Shown: in pieces, positions 28,942 through 40,214 of the stretch
Layout of the letters: each line of letters begins with the position of its first letter
How positions within the stretch are numbered: position 1 is the first letter of the stretch
Assembly: GCA_047602475.1 (NCBI GenBank)
Contig: JASGHE010000002.1
Location: forward strand, 1,830,240-1,894,239
Direction of reading: 5' to 3'
From: Gemmatales bacterium
Lineage (GTDB): Bacteria; Planctomycetota; Planctomycetia; Gemmatales; HRBIN36
Length of the DNA: 64,000 nt
The notes under the pieces: model-generated
Databases searched by the model: none
What the model saw: only the letters and a program-made list of their open reading frames with translations
What the model was told of the DNA's origin: nothing
Made by a program: the position numbers and the translations under genes

Positions 28942-30466
28942 TTAATCAAACCGCAGCGCCCTCACCGGATGCAGCATCGCCGCCCGGATCGCCGGCAGCA
29001 CACTGGCTGCCGTCGCAATCGCGATCGCTCCCAGGTTCACCCAGACGATCGTCCAGAAGTTTAATTCCACCGGGATACTATCGAAGAAGTAGATGTCCTT
29101 GGGGAACACGTCCTGGCCCAGCATGCGAGAGAGCAGGCGTTCGATCTCGTTGATGTTGTGGGTGAAGGCAATGCCACCCAGCGTTCCCAACCCCGAACCG
29201 ACGATACCCAGCAGCAACCCGTAACTGATAAAGATGCCCATCACGCCCCAGTTGGAAGCTCCGAGCGACTTGAGGATGCCAATGTCTCGTGTTTTCTCCA
29301 CCACGATCATGTAAAAGATCGCCAGGATGCCAAACCCGGCGACGGCAATGATCAGGAACAACAGCACGTTGAGGATAGATCGTTCAACGGCGATGGCCCC
29401 GATCACCGGCCCGCCGATCTCCTTCCACGTCTTTACTTCAAAGAATGTTTCAGGGAACATCGCATAGAGTTCCTTCATCACTCCATCAATGTCCCGGTCA
29501 TAGTTGGCGAGTTTGAGTTCCAGCGTTGTCGCCATGTTGTGCATCGTCTGCATCTGCTGCAGGTCTTCCAGCGAAATGAACATCACCATGCTGTCGATCA
29601 CGCTCATGTCGCTCTTGAACAGGTCAGTGACGACAAAGTTAGCGGTATGGGCGACCTGGTTGCGCGGCGAGCCATCGATGCCGACGATGTCGTCACGAGT
29701 GCCCATCATCAGCCTGACCGTATCGCCCGGATGCAGTATGACGCGATCCTGCTGCTCCGGGGTGCTCTCGCTGTTGGCTTGATGTGCCTGGATATTCCTG
29801 ATGGTCGCCAGGCCCAGCCGGCGATGACGGTGTAGGGTTTCGCCGGCGGCAGCGAGGGAGGGTTGGTCATCGGTGGAGCAGGGGGGAGCTTGTCCGTTCC
29901 TTGCGCCTGCACGACACCCTGATTCTCTGGAGCGTTGCTTGCCGCGGGTGGCAGCATCCCCGGCGGCAGCGTGGTTGTGGCCAACTTTGGTGATATCGAT
30001 CAAACATCTGCTTCGCCTGGCCGCGCAGTTCAAAGCACTTGCTCGGCTCCAGCCGGTTCTCCTGGCTTTGGAGCCAGTTGGCGAAGTCGCTGGTGGCGGC
30101 TCGCGTCACCGGATCGATGCCGATGATCTTGACCGGCTTCTTGATCGTCATTGAGGTGCGGTCGAACTGATACTCCGCCATCGCAAACGCTTCGATGACC
30201 GGGGCAATCTCAACGACGCGCGGCCCCAGTCGCTCACGCACATAACGCATGCGGTTTTCAAGATCGCCGAAGCCGTAGTAAGAGCGGTAGCGGACGACGA
30301 CATCGGACTGCAATCCTCGAAACCGGGTGAGCAGCTTCGACGAAAAGCCCGCCATCACGCTGTTGACCACGACCAGCGTGCCGACACCCAGCATCACGCT
30401 GATGATGCTCGCCAGCGCCAGGTACCGGGTCCACAAGTAGCGCGAACAGATCAGATATTTATACAT
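28942..30466 (-). pseudogene. LolC/LolE-type (FtsX/MacB-like) ABC permease, frameshifted in the periplasmic-domain region (about 29800-30030)
   Basis: N-terminal TM1 plus periplasmic domain in ORF 29867..30466. FtsX C-terminal TM bundle in ORF 28942..30033 (...GILKSLGASNWGVMGIF...). The two frames overlap by about 160 nt. A third frame also opens in between, so more than one indel is possible. Confidence 0.6.
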
Positions 30467-30585
30467 GCAGGGTATCTCACAAGATCAATGCCCCATCTAT
30501 ACCCTAAACGCCGAGGCACGTCATCGTCAATTGGCAGTGCGCAGAGTGCCTATTTTGACAACAGTTTATTGAGAGTGGCATGTTT

Positions 30586-30752
30586 TTCTCCCCTCTCCCT
30601 CCCGGGGAGAGGGGCTGGGGGTGAGGGGTTCATGGATTGATGCAACCCGGTTGAGAACCAAGCCGGCTCGCAGAGAATAAATAACAACAGGGGTGAACTC
30701 GATTGAGGAACCCCTCACCCCTAACCCCTCTCCCCGGAAGGAGAGGGGGACC
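30586..30752. repeat. Family-C MITE-like element, copy 3
   Basis: Arms ccctctccctcccggggagaggggctgggggtgagggg / cccctcacccctaacccctctccccggaaggagaggggg. Core ...acccggttgagaaccaa...gaataaataacaac... Confidence 0.75.
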
Positions 30753-31016
30753 GGATACAACACTCCTTACGTTGATGGCGAGAGACCACCTGACACAAGC
30801 ATGTCAATCGAAGTACATCATCACGACCGTATCTTTCATCTGCCAGGCAAGAATTCATTAGCACTTCCTCCTGCCCCTCTGTACAGTTCATGTTCTGGAT
30901 GAACCTGCATTCAGTGATAGCATGAACAGGTAAATCACACCTCGCCGTTTCCGAATAATACTACAACGGTGAGCGCTGCCTGACACTGCGTTGGCAGACC
31001 CTCCTCACTCAACCCC

Positions 31017-32972
31017 GTGGAGCGATATATGGACAGTTATGGGATCGTGGCGGCAGTGGCGCTGCTCGGTGTGCTCTTGGCCTTGTGGCTGGTCGCACGC
31101 TATATCCCCAATGACAAAGTGGGAATTATTGAAAGACTCTGGTCGAAGAAAGGATCGCTGAGCGATGGCAACATTGTGGCCCTCAATGGCGAGGCAGGGT
31201 TCGAGGCGGACGTGCTGCGGGGCGGCATTCACTTTGGCTACTGGCGCTGGCAGTATGTGATTCACAAGAAACCCCTCATCACCATCAAGCAGGGCAAGAT
31301 CGGCTACCTCTTCGCACGAACCGGCGAAGCGCTCGGGCCCAGTCAAACGCTGGGGCGGGTCGTCGAGTGCAATCACTATCAGAACGTGAAGGCGTTTCTT
31401 GAAAAGGGACAAAAGGGTCGTCAGCGGGCGATTCTGCGTGAAGGCGTCTATGCCATCAACCTGGCGGCGTTCAATGTCATCACCGAAGATGGCGTCTACG
31501 CCATCGATAATGCTCGGGACATCGCTCAATGGCATCGGCACCTCGCCAACATCGGCGGGTTTGATCCGGTCGTCATCGGCAGTTCCACCGGCAACAAGGT
31601 CGACGACATCGGCATCGTCACCACCCAGGATGGGCCGTCGCTGGAGCAGCAGGAGATCATCGCTCCGCCCGTCGGCATTGATGTCAACAATCCCGACTAT
31701 CACAACAACTACCAGGACATCGAAGCGTTCCTCCGGGCCGGCGGTCGGCGTGGCAAGCAATACGCTCCGCTCCTGGATGGCACCTACTTCATCAACCGCT
31801 GGTTCGCCACGATTGAGCTGATTCCCAAGGAAGTCATCATCATCGGTGAAGTGGGCGTAGTCGTTAGTTACTACGGCAAGCAGGGCGATGATACCTCCGG
31901 TGCCAAGTTCCGGCATGGCGAGCGCGTCCATCAGGGCGAGCGGGGCGTGTGGGAGAACACGCTGGGGCCGGGCAAGTATCCGTTCAACACCTATGCCGGG
32001 CAGATCATCCGGGTGCCGACCACGAACTTCGTGCTGCACTGGATCACCGGCAAGGCGGAGAGTCACCGCTTCGATGAGAGCCTGAAGTCGATCGACCTCA
32101 TCACCAAGGATGCGTATGAGCCGATCCTGCCGCTGTCGGTGGTGGTCCACATCGACTATCAGAAGGCTCCCAACGTCATCCAGCGGTTCGGCGACGTGAA
32201 GAAACTGATCACCCAGACCATCGATCCGATGCTGTCAGCTTACTTCCGGGATGTGGCCCACAAGAAGACCATGCTAGAACTGGTGCATAGCCGGGATGAG
32301 ATTCAGGCCCAGGCCCGCAAGGAACTGATGGATAAGTTCGAACAGTTCGATATCCAATGCGTCGATGTGCTCATCGGCAAACCCGAATCGCAGTCGGACG
32401 ATGGCAAGATCGAAAACCTGCTGGAGCAACTGCGACTACGGCAACTCTCTCTGGAGCAGATCGAAACCTACAGCAAGCAGGAAGCAGCAGCGGGCAAGAA
32501 GCAGACGCTGAACGATGCTAACGCCAAGGCGGAGATGCAGGAGAAGCTCACGCAGTCAGCCATCCAGATTTCGATTCAGACCAACGAAGCTGAAGCAGCC
32601 CTGGCCCGTGCCCGCAAGGATGCTGAGCGTATCGTGGTCACCGCCAAGGCAGCCAGCGAAAGCATCGCCCTGGAAGGTAAGGGCATGTCCGAGAAGGTCA
32701 ACCTCGTCGGCACCGCCGAGGCCGGCGTGCTACAGAAGAAGGTCGAATCGTACGGCGATCCGAAACTCTACGCCATCTCGCAGGTCGCCGACGCCATGTC
32801 GCATAGCCAGCAACCGCTGGTGCCTGAGACGATGTTTAGTTCCGGCGGCGACGGCCACAACGGCATGCTCGGTACCCTGATGTCGCTGCTGGTAGCCGAA
32901 AAGATCGGCGTGGCGGTGCCCCAGGCAGGTAGAGTGACGATGCCGGTGCCACCGACGAAGGAAGCGGAGTGA
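31017..32972 (+). CDS. flotillin-like SPFH/band-7 domain protein
   Basis: N-terminal TM. SPFH domain. Long coiled-coil with EA-rich repeats (NEAEAALARARKDAERIVVTAKAASE), typical of FloT/YqiK. Confidence 0.85.
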   Translation: MERYMDSYGIVAAVALLGVLLALWLVARYIPNDKVGIIERLWSKKGSLSDGNIVALNGEAGFEADVLRGGIHFGYWRWQYVIHKKPLITIKQGKIGYLFARTGEALGPSQTLGRVVECNHYQNVKAFLEKGQKGRQRAILREGVYAINLAAFNVITEDGVYAIDNARDIAQWHRHLANIGGFDPVVIGSSTGNKVDDIGIVTTQDGPSLEQQEIIAPPVGIDVNNPDYHNNYQDIEAFLRAGGRRGKQYAPLLDGTYFINRWFATIELIPKEVIIIGEVGVVVSYYGKQGDDTSGAKFRHGERVHQGERGVWENTLGPGKYPFNTYAGQIIRVPTTNFVLHWITGKAESHRFDESLKSIDLITKDAYEPILPLSVVVHIDYQKAPNVIQRFGDVKKLITQTIDPMLSAYFRDVAHKKTMLELVHSRDEIQAQARKELMDKFEQFDIQCVDVLIGKPESQSDDGKIENLLEQLRLRQLSLEQIETYSKQEAAAGKKQTLNDANAKAEMQEKLTQSAIQISIQTNEAEAALARARKDAERIVVTAKAASESIALEGKGMSEKVNLVGTAEAGVLQKKVESYGDPKLYAISQVADAMSHSQQPLVPETMFSSGGDGHNGMLGTLMSLLVAEKIGVAVPQAGRVTMPVPPTKEAE

Positions 32973-32979
32973 TGTCTGG

Positions 32980-33297
32980 CTCCCCTCTCCCTCCCGGGGA
33001 GAGGGGCTGGGGGTGAGGGGTATCTAGATCGATGAAACCCGGTTGAGAACCAATGTGACTTGAAGAGAATAAATACCAACACATCTTGTCCCCGGTCTCC
33101 GACCGGGGACACACTGCAATCCCGGCTCCGCCGGGAGTCAAGAGAAGTGAACTCATCTCAGCTTCGGACTTCCGGCAGAGCCGGAGTTGCAGCCCGTCCC
33201 CGGTCGGAGACCGGGGACGAGTACGAGTAAATGATGGGCTTCGCCGCGATTGAGAACCCCTCACCCCTAACCCCTCTCCCCGGGAGGGAGAGGGGAA
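32980..33297. repeat. Family-C MITE-like element, copy 4, carrying a nested second palindromic element (33085-33230)
   Basis: C arms at both ends. Inside: gtccccggtctccgaccggggac ... cccggctccgccgggag ... gtccccggtcggagaccggggac. Confidence 0.7.
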
Positions 33298-33318
33298 CCA
33301 GACGAGGGAACTAACCAC

Positions 33319-36300
33319 TTACTTATCCCTCTCAATCACCATGCGAATATCCTGTCGACCTGCTTCGACGATCATTTGGGCTTCCGTGTTGCGAGAAGTC
33401 CGGCCTTTGCCTGGCCTTACGTCTTCATAGCGGAGTTCGAGTTTGCCTTTGGGTAAATCTCGAAGCGTGAACTTGCCATCTTCCTTGGTGACGAAGATGC
33501 CTGGACTGCCTTGCACGGGGGTATCGTCTCCCTTCCTGGCAGGATGAGCGTAAACCCAGATATGCGATTGCGGCTTGCCGGCTTGATCGACCACGATGCC
33601 GGAGATGGTCTCTATCGCACCGATTAGTTTGATGTCGCCACAGTCAACGGTTTGTCCGGGATCGACGGTGACCAGCTTGCCATAGATTCGTGCCATGCCG
33701 GGAGCGGAGACGAGGACACGATACTGAGACCCTGGATCGGGAAGGATATTCTCCAGGGTGTATCGGCCCTCCTGGTCGGTCAGGGTTTCGATATAGCGGA
33801 ACTCAGTACCCGTCATTCCGGTGCGAGCTTGTCCGTTCAGCGTTGTTTCAAATGAAACTTGAGCAGTGAGAACGACCCGTGCATTTCGAAACGGCTTGTC
33901 TTGCGGGTCGAACACATGTCCTGTTATGGTCGCCAACGGCTTGAGCTTGATGTCCAAAGGATCGTGATTTCCTTCCCGATCAAGCCTTTGAACGGCCCCC
34001 AGATGAAGTGAATCATGCACGACCACCAGTTCGCATTGTTCAGCCTTCATCGCTTCGGCAGTAACGGGCAGTAAAAAATGGCCGTTCGGTCCGGAGCTCG
34101 TATCGAGAAGCTGTTGACCTCGCTGTGTGGTGTAGCCAAAGGCAACGGTGGCGCCTTCAACTAGTCGGCCGTTGGGACCGAGCACACGCCCAAACAGACC
34201 AGTTGACTTGCTTTTGGTCAGGGAAAGTTTGAGGTTAGTTAATGGCTTTCCTGGCGATACTTCGAGGAGTTCACTCTCCATTTCGTGATGTGTCCGATCA
34301 GGGGTCACCGCTCGAAGCTTCACTTTGCCCACCGGCAGGTAATACTGAAACTCGCCTTTCCCGTTCGTCTCTTCGGCGGCCCACCAGACGTATTGCCCCG
34401 GCTCATCTTTGATCGGTCTCCCATGGCTGACAGTTGCCCCGGCAAGGCCCTGCCCGGTTGCAGCGTCAACGACCTGCCCGGCAACGAGTTGACCGCGTCG
34501 TAGTTTAACGACAACCTCCTCCGTATGTGGCTTGGTCAACTCCATCTCCTGATAGAGATATTCGGGGTAGCGTTTACCTCCGCTACAGGCGATCGTCGTG
34601 GCTTTTCCCTCTGGTATCGTTGCAGTGAAGACTCCGTTTACTTCGGTCGTCAACTTTCGTCTTTCAGGTAGCCGTGAAAAGAGATGTACGGAAACATCAG
34701 AGAGGGGCTTGCCGGTGTCTTCAGCCACAATCCTGGCTCGCAGTTGCCATGTGGGACGAATGTTGATCGTGATCGGGCTGATCTCCACAGGCTGGAAGTC
34801 AACTACCTGCCTGGATGAATAAAAAGTGATCGAAGCCAGATCATGTTGGGTTTGACTGGAGGCAGCTACGAAGATCGGCGATTCGGCGACTCCGTGGTGG
34901 GTCACTTGCAAACGAACACAACTTTCCACCGGGATATCGGCGAAGGTAAATCGTCCTGACTCGTCGGACTTGACCTCAATGTGAACAGCGGAATCCTTCA
35001 AATAGAGATAATCCGCATCGGGCCATTCGCCGCCAAACATTCTTCGCATGGGACCGATATCGAGCAGCCTGATAGTAGCTCCAACAGCAGGCTTGCCGTT
35101 GGCTTCGCGCACCACGCCGGTGATCTGAGCCGGTTTGTTGACCTGCATCAACAGCGGCTGCTTTTGTAACAACGCCGTCAGGTGTTGCCAGACAGGTGCA
35201 TACCCCGGAGCGATGACCAATATTTCGTATGGCGATTTCATGCGAACGTAGGTAGCGGATATGTCGGGAGCGATGACATCCTTGAAGGAGAACTGCCCCG
35301 TTTCATCGGTGGTCATTTTCGAGAGGATGTCGCGACCAACCTGAGGCTCATAGGGTGGAAAAGAGGTTCGCAAAAACGACCACTCCCGCAGATACACCGT
35401 CGCCCCGGCCACAGGTTTTCCTTCGGGGTTGACCACGGTGCCCGAAGCGGAGAGACGGGTGGCGGCCTGTTTCGGCGAAGCGGGATCGGGTACCAGTTCT
35501 TTGTGAGGTTCATTGGCCACAACGGTTGGAGTGGAACTCATGGATAGAGTCGCGCCCACCACCAAAAGAGCCAGAAATGTCAGCACCGAAAGAGACTGAT
35601 AGAGAAACGGCGTGGCATGAACTCGCTGGGCAAGCGTCACGATGGACGCCGACCAGCCAAGGGGCACACCACCGGCGAGGGCTTCCATCACCCTCGCTGT
35701 GGTTTGGCTACGCAACTCCTGCGAAGCGGAAACCATCGTCAGCGAGAGCGCACCCAACAGCGAACTGAGGCTGATGCCGCGACGGCTGAGTCGTACCTGG
35801 AGTATCTTCTTCGCCTGAGCCAGTCGGCTGGAGAGCGTTCCTTCCTTGACCCCTAGCTCCCTGGCTGTGTCTGCCCGGCTTTGCCCTTCCAGGCAACAGT
35901 GGATGAAGACTGTACGGTAGATCTTTGGGAGCTTCTGGATTTCTTCGTCGAGAGCGGCCTGTACTTCGCTCCAGCCAATGTCTCGATTGTTCCGGGGAAG
36001 ATCTTCTGAATCAGTCCAGCTCTGTTGGGGCTTTTGCCGACGTCTCGTTCGTAACAGATTCCGTGCGGTTCGGTGGGCGACGCCATGCAGAAAGCTGCCC
36101 AGCGAGGAACGGTTCCGAATCGTGTTTGCTTTCCGGGCCAGGATGAGGAAGGTCGCCTGGAACGCATCTTCGGCATCATGGATATCACCCAGCACCCGCA
36201 TGCAGACCCGCAGGACAAGTGTGCCGTACCGATCAACAATGTCAGCAAAGGCTTTGGAACTATGATGGTCGCAAAAGGCAGCGAGCAGTTCGCTATCGGA

Positions 36301-36369
36301 GGAACCGAGGAGCCTCTCTCGTTGCCCATCCATGCTGCGAATCAAGGTCTTCAGGGAGATGGCTGACAT
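33319..36369 (-). CDS. ECF sigma factor fused to a TM segment and a large extracytoplasmic domain with repeated carboxypeptidase-regulatory-like (prealbumin-fold) modules; 1016 aa
   Basis: N-terminus has sigma-70 region 2 (DAEDAFQATFLILARKA...) and region 4 (LPKIYRTVFIHCCLEGQSRADTARELGVKEGTLSSRL). TM helix LSVLTFLALLVVGATL. Repeated ...G.PV.GATV... beta-sandwich modules. Confidence 0.75.
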   Translation of the reverse strand: MSAISLKTLIRSMDGQRERLLGSSDSELLAAFCDHHSSKAFADIVDRYGTLVLRVCMRVLGDIHDAEDAFQATFLILARKANTIRNRSSLGSFLHGVAHRTARNLLRTRRRQKPQQSWTDSEDLPRNNRDIGWSEVQAALDEEIQKLPKIYRTVFIHCCLEGQSRADTARELGVKEGTLSSRLAQAKKILQVRLSRRGISLSSLLGALSLTMVSASQELRSQTTARVMEALAGGVPLGWSASIVTLAQRVHATPFLYQSLSVLTFLALLVVGATLSMSSTPTVVANEPHKELVPDPASPKQAATRLSASGTVVNPEGKPVAGATVYLREWSFLRTSFPPYEPQVGRDILSKMTTDETGQFSFKDVIAPDISATYVRMKSPYEILVIAPGYAPVWQHLTALLQKQPLLMQVNKPAQITGVVREANGKPAVGATIRLLDIGPMRRMFGGEWPDADYLYLKDSAVHIEVKSDESGRFTFADIPVESCVRLQVTHHGVAESPIFVAASSQTQHDLASITFYSSRQVVDFQPVEISPITINIRPTWQLRARIVAEDTGKPLSDVSVHLFSRLPERRKLTTEVNGVFTATIPEGKATTIACSGGKRYPEYLYQEMELTKPHTEEVVVKLRRGQLVAGQVVDAATGQGLAGATVSHGRPIKDEPGQYVWWAAEETNGKGEFQYYLPVGKVKLRAVTPDRTHHEMESELLEVSPGKPLTNLKLSLTKSKSTGLFGRVLGPNGRLVEGATVAFGYTTQRGQQLLDTSSGPNGHFLLPVTAEAMKAEQCELVVVHDSLHLGAVQRLDREGNHDPLDIKLKPLATITGHVFDPQDKPFRNARVVLTAQVSFETTLNGQARTGMTGTEFRYIETLTDQEGRYTLENILPDPGSQYRVLVSAPGMARIYGKLVTVDPGQTVDCGDIKLIGAIETISGIVVDQAGKPQSHIWVYAHPARKGDDTPVQGSPGIFVTKEDGKFTLRDLPKGKLELRYEDVRPGKGRTSRNTEAQMIVEAGRQDIRMVIERDK

Positions 36370-36450
36370 GGCCCATACACTCCATTGCGGGTGTTATCTA
36401 CAAGATAGTGTCTGGGGGCAGAAACTTCGTCGGTTATTTTGAGTATCTTC

Positions 36451-36625
36451 TCCCCTCTCCCCCTCGGGTAGAGGGGCCGGGGGTGAGGGGTTTCTAGATC
36501 GACTTTACCCGGTTGAGAACCAATATGCCTCGCAAAGAATAAATACCAACACCACTTGTCCCTGGCCTCAGACCGGGGCACACTGCAAATCCCGGCCCCG
36601 CCGGGAGTCAAAAACAGTAACGCCT
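36451..36625. repeat. Family-C element, copy 5 (left arm plus core plus nested-element remnant; right arm degraded)
   Basis: tctcccctctccccctcgggtagaggggccgggggtgaggggtttctagatcga...acccggttgagaaccaa...gaataaataccaacac... then cccggccccgccgggag. Confidence 0.65.
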
Positions 36626-36651
36626 CTCCCCGAACAGAAAAGGAAAGCAGA

Positions 36652-38193
36652 CTACTTCCCCGCCGGCAACGTCTTGAGCAGTGACCCGGTCTTGCCATCG
36701 TACACCCTCACCAGCCCCTCTTCGCCGCCCGCTGCTACGAGGCTGCCATCACTGCTGGCCGCCACCGCTTGCAGAAAATCGCTCGCTCCGGGGAAGCTGC
36801 GGACATTCCCGCCGCTATCGATGTTCCATTGCCTTAGCCCGGCGTCGCCACAGGCGCTGATAACCATCGGGGCTGACTTCAACATGCTCAACCGGGTGAT
36901 CTGCTTGGTGTGCCCGGCGATGGTGCGAATCTGTTCGCCCTTATCGAAGTCCCAGACTTTGAGCACATTGTCTGCACCGGCAGAAACGAGCACTTTGCCA
37001 TCGGCACGCCAGGCGACGTCGAGCACATGATGCGTGTGACCCTCAAAGCTGCGGAGTTGAGTGCCGGGCTTGATGATGCTGAAATCGGTCTGATGCACTC
37101 GGGCCAGCACTGCGGTCTGTCGGCCAAGCGTCGCACCGGGAACACTCCACGGAATGATCATCGAACCAATCGCCGAGAGCGGTTGCGTGACCGCTTCCAA
37201 TCGCACTGTCGGCTGCGTCGCCCACACCTTTACGAACTTGTCGGCCCCTGAAGTCGCCAGCATTTTGCCATCAGGACTGAAGCGGACGCCAAAGACGGTA
37301 TCGCTGTGCGGCGTCGGAATGGTGAGCACCGGTTTGCCCGTCGCCAGATCAAAGACGATCACCTCGCCATCCTGCGTCGGGCCGCCACCTGCCGTGGCCA
37401 GTAACTTTCCATCAGGGGATAGATCGAGAGCGACGACCCGATCAGCGAAGCCGGTCAGCTTTTGAAGGACAGTGCCGGTCTTGAGATTCCAGATCGTCAC
37501 TTCCTTGTAGCCGCCACAATAGAGCTTCTCGCCATCGGGGCTGAAGATGAGCGACTGAATGAGATCGAGTTGCGATTGCCCCAGCGGCTTGCCTGTGTCA
37601 TCCTTCAAAGACGGGTCGATGAGAGTCTTCTGCAGATCGCCTTTCTCCGATCCATAAATCGAAATCGTCGCCCCACGCCCGGCGGCGATCAGCTTCTTGT
37701 CGCTCGACATGCCCACCGCCAGCACCGGCTTGATGCGTTCGGGCAGCTTGGTCAACTTGATAGTCGCCGTCGCCTTGGCCACCACTTCGCCGGTGCTCGA
37801 ACCCTTGGCTCCCTGGCTGACCCATGCGGTGAGCAGCGCCAACTCTTCCGGCGTCAGCGGTTCCTCATCCTTGGGAGGCATGGCCGGAGCATCGGTCCGG
37901 CCCGACAGCTTGATCAACAGACTCTCGCCCGGTTTGCCTGCAACAATACTGGTGCCGCTCTTGCCCCCTTTGACGATGCCTTCCAGGCTGCTCAAATCAA
38001 GTCGGCCCTTCTTGATCGACCCACTATGGCAGGTTATGCACTTGTTATCGAGGATGGGTTGAATCTGCTTCTCGAAATCGATGGCCCCACCCTTGTAGGG
38101 TACAACGGCGATGGGCGGCAGCTTGTCTTTCTTGTCTTGAGCCAAGAGTGGCAGCGCAACGAACAGGCAAAGGATGCACAATAACCAACGCAT
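36652..38193 (-). CDS. Planctomycete-type cytochrome c (CxxCH) domain + WD40 beta-propeller protein, secreted
   Basis: Signal peptide. DNKCITCHSG heme-binding motif. Multiple WD-like blades (VWATQ, LKVWDFD, LRQWNID). Confidence 0.75.
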   Translation of the reverse strand: MRWLLCILCLFVALPLLAQDKKDKLPPIAVVPYKGGAIDFEKQIQPILDNKCITCHSGSIKKGRLDLSSLEGIVKGGKSGTSIVAGKPGESLLIKLSGRTDAPAMPPKDEEPLTPEELALLTAWVSQGAKGSSTGEVVAKATATIKLTKLPERIKPVLAVGMSSDKKLIAAGRGATISIYGSEKGDLQKTLIDPSLKDDTGKPLGQSQLDLIQSLIFSPDGEKLYCGGYKEVTIWNLKTGTVLQKLTGFADRVVALDLSPDGKLLATAGGGPTQDGEVIVFDLATGKPVLTIPTPHSDTVFGVRFSPDGKMLATSGADKFVKVWATQPTVRLEAVTQPLSAIGSMIIPWSVPGATLGRQTAVLARVHQTDFSIIKPGTQLRSFEGHTHHVLDVAWRADGKVLVSAGADNVLKVWDFDKGEQIRTIAGHTKQITRLSMLKSAPMVISACGDAGLRQWNIDSGGNVRSFPGASDFLQAVAASSDGSLVAAGGEEGLVRVYDGKTGSLLKTLPAGK

Positions 38194-38321
38194 GAATCAA
38201 CACTCCAGACCAAGGCAGGATCAGCAGGCAGAGAAACTGGCAGGTAATAACAGTATACATGGTGGAAATGAACAAACCCAGATCAGAGTAGCTAGTTCAG
38301 TGTAGTCCCGGAAGTTATTCT

Positions 38322-38445
38322 TAGCCCCGGAGGGGCGATGGAGAAGTGATCCATTTTCCATCGCCCCTCCGGGGCTCTCATTGACTTAACCATGTCAACC
38401 GGCAGCTCACGCTGCCGGCTACTAACCAACGCCCCTCCGGGGCTA
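38322..38445. repeat. Family-B palindromic repeat, partial copy 3
   Basis: gccccggaggggcgatgg...ccatcgcccctccggggctc plus the ggcagc..gctgcc palindrome. Confidence 0.6.
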
Positions 38446-38459
38446 AAACCCCGAGATAG

Positions 38460-40009
38460 CTACGCCCCAGCAGGGTCCTTGCCCCCCACCCAAGGCCCGC
38501 CCAGCTTCTGGTACTCCTTCGGCACCAGCAGGTTGACCTTCGGATCACCCGTATACCCGGCCACTTCGTTCGGCTTGCCTCTCGCCTTGCTCCGCTTCTC
38601 CCAGTTGGCGGCCCACGAGCCGTTGCCTTCGACAGGCTTGCGCAGTTCCTTGTTCCAGAACATCACCTGGCTCTGGCGGTAACTCTGCACACCCAGATTC
38701 ACCGTGGTGAAGGCGGCAGCACCAACTCAGCGTTGCTCAGAGTGGCATGATTGCGAGCCCGGCAGCATTCGAGGAAGTCTTCCCACAAGGCATACGTATC
38801 GGTGTTGTAGCTGTACTTCCGTTTCGGGCCGGCATCGACCATCGGGCTGGCGACGAAGTTGCCCGAAACATCTTCCTTCATCTTGGGTACAGCGGGGCCG
38901 CCCTTGCCGAGATCCTGAGGCAGCACCTCGTAACCCATAGCGAAGTTCTTGCGCGTGAACTTCAGCGTGCCGAGGTGGCCACGGATGACTTCCTCAATCG
39001 GGTAGTCGTTGATCATCGTCGCCATGATGACGAGCTGGCAGCCTTCATCGTAATCAGCAACAACCGCAGCGACATCAGGCACATCGCGGCCATCGTATTC
39101 GAGGTAGAGGCCGCCCGAACCGGTGACACGGGCCGGGTACTTCACACCCATCGCTGCGATCATGTGGGTGGTCTGATGCACGAACAGATCAGTAAACATG
39201 CCGCCGCCGAACGGCCAGTAACAGCGCCACTGACCGTACACAGCCCGGTCGAACGGCTGTTCTTCGGGCTTGGGGCCGATCGTCACGCCGTTGACGTTGT
39301 ACTTGTAGCCGAGGAACTGATCCCAATCGATCGTCTTGGGGTTCATGTCCTTGGTCAGCTTGTAGTACCGCCACTGTCCTTCGAGGGAGTTGCGGTAGTA
39401 GCTGGTCTGAGCCTGGGCGACGTGGCCGATGCCACCCTGCTTGATGTACTCGTTCGCCATCCGCCAGATGGGGTTGGCCATCGACTGCACGCCGACCGAC
39501 ATCACCCGGTTGTGTTTCTTCTGAGCATCGACGACAGCATGAGCCTCTTCAATGGTGCGGGTCATCGGCTTTTCGCAATAGACATCTTTGCCTGCGGCCA
39601 TGGCATCGATCGACATCTTGGCGTGCCAGTGATCCGGGGCAGCAATGCAGGCGACATCGACGTCCTTGTTATCGAGCAGTTGCTGGTAGTTCTTGGTGAC
39701 AACCTTCTTGTCGTCGGGGTTGATCTTCAGCGCCTCAGCAGCGGGGTAGAGGCCACGATTGACTTCTTTATTACCATCCCAAACATCGCACACGCCGACA
39801 GCCCGCACTGGCTTGCCTTCGCCTACCATGATGTTGATGATCTTGATGTGCGATTCCATCATGCGTCCGCCGGTGCCGAGAAAGGCGATGCCGATCTTCT
39901 CGTTGGCCCCGACGACATTGCTGTAACTCTTGGCCGGCAACGACATTGCCGCCGCCGTCGCTCCGACAGCAGCAGTCCCCAAAAAGCCTCGGCGGTTGAT
40001 CTCTGACAT
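38460..40009 (-). pseudogene. Gfo/Idh/MocA-family oxidoreductase with Tat signal, frameshifted near 38712
   Basis: RRGFLGTAAVGATAAA twin-arginine signal and a Rossmann fold. The reading frame ends ...NHATLSNAEL then TGA. The conserved C-terminal tail (TTVNLGVQSYRQSQVMFWNKELRKPVEG...EYQKLGGPW) continues in another frame. The junction gagttg-gtgct would need an extra g. Confidence 0.65.
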
Positions 40010-40084
40010 GGGTCACTCCATTTCGATGTGTCAATAAACAGTGGCAGGTGAAGGTAGCAGGTGTGCATCGTTGCATGGAGCCAT

Positions 40085-40118
40085 GGCAGGGGTTATCGGT
40101 ACTCCGATGCCCCCTGCT
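40085..40118. repeat. Family-F small hairpin repeat, copy 2
   Basis: ggcaggggttatcggtactccgatgccccctgc. Compare 2944-2976. Confidence 0.45.
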
Positions 40119-40214
40119 GCACATGCAGGACGATGGCAATATTATGGCAGATGGAAAACGAAATGCTACAGCAATGTTGGGAGAGAGTTGGGAGTCGTGA
40201 GTGGAGAGTTGGGG

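Noticed and set aside
31005-32150. 381-aa minus-strand ORF
   Set aside because: Antisense to the flotillin gene.
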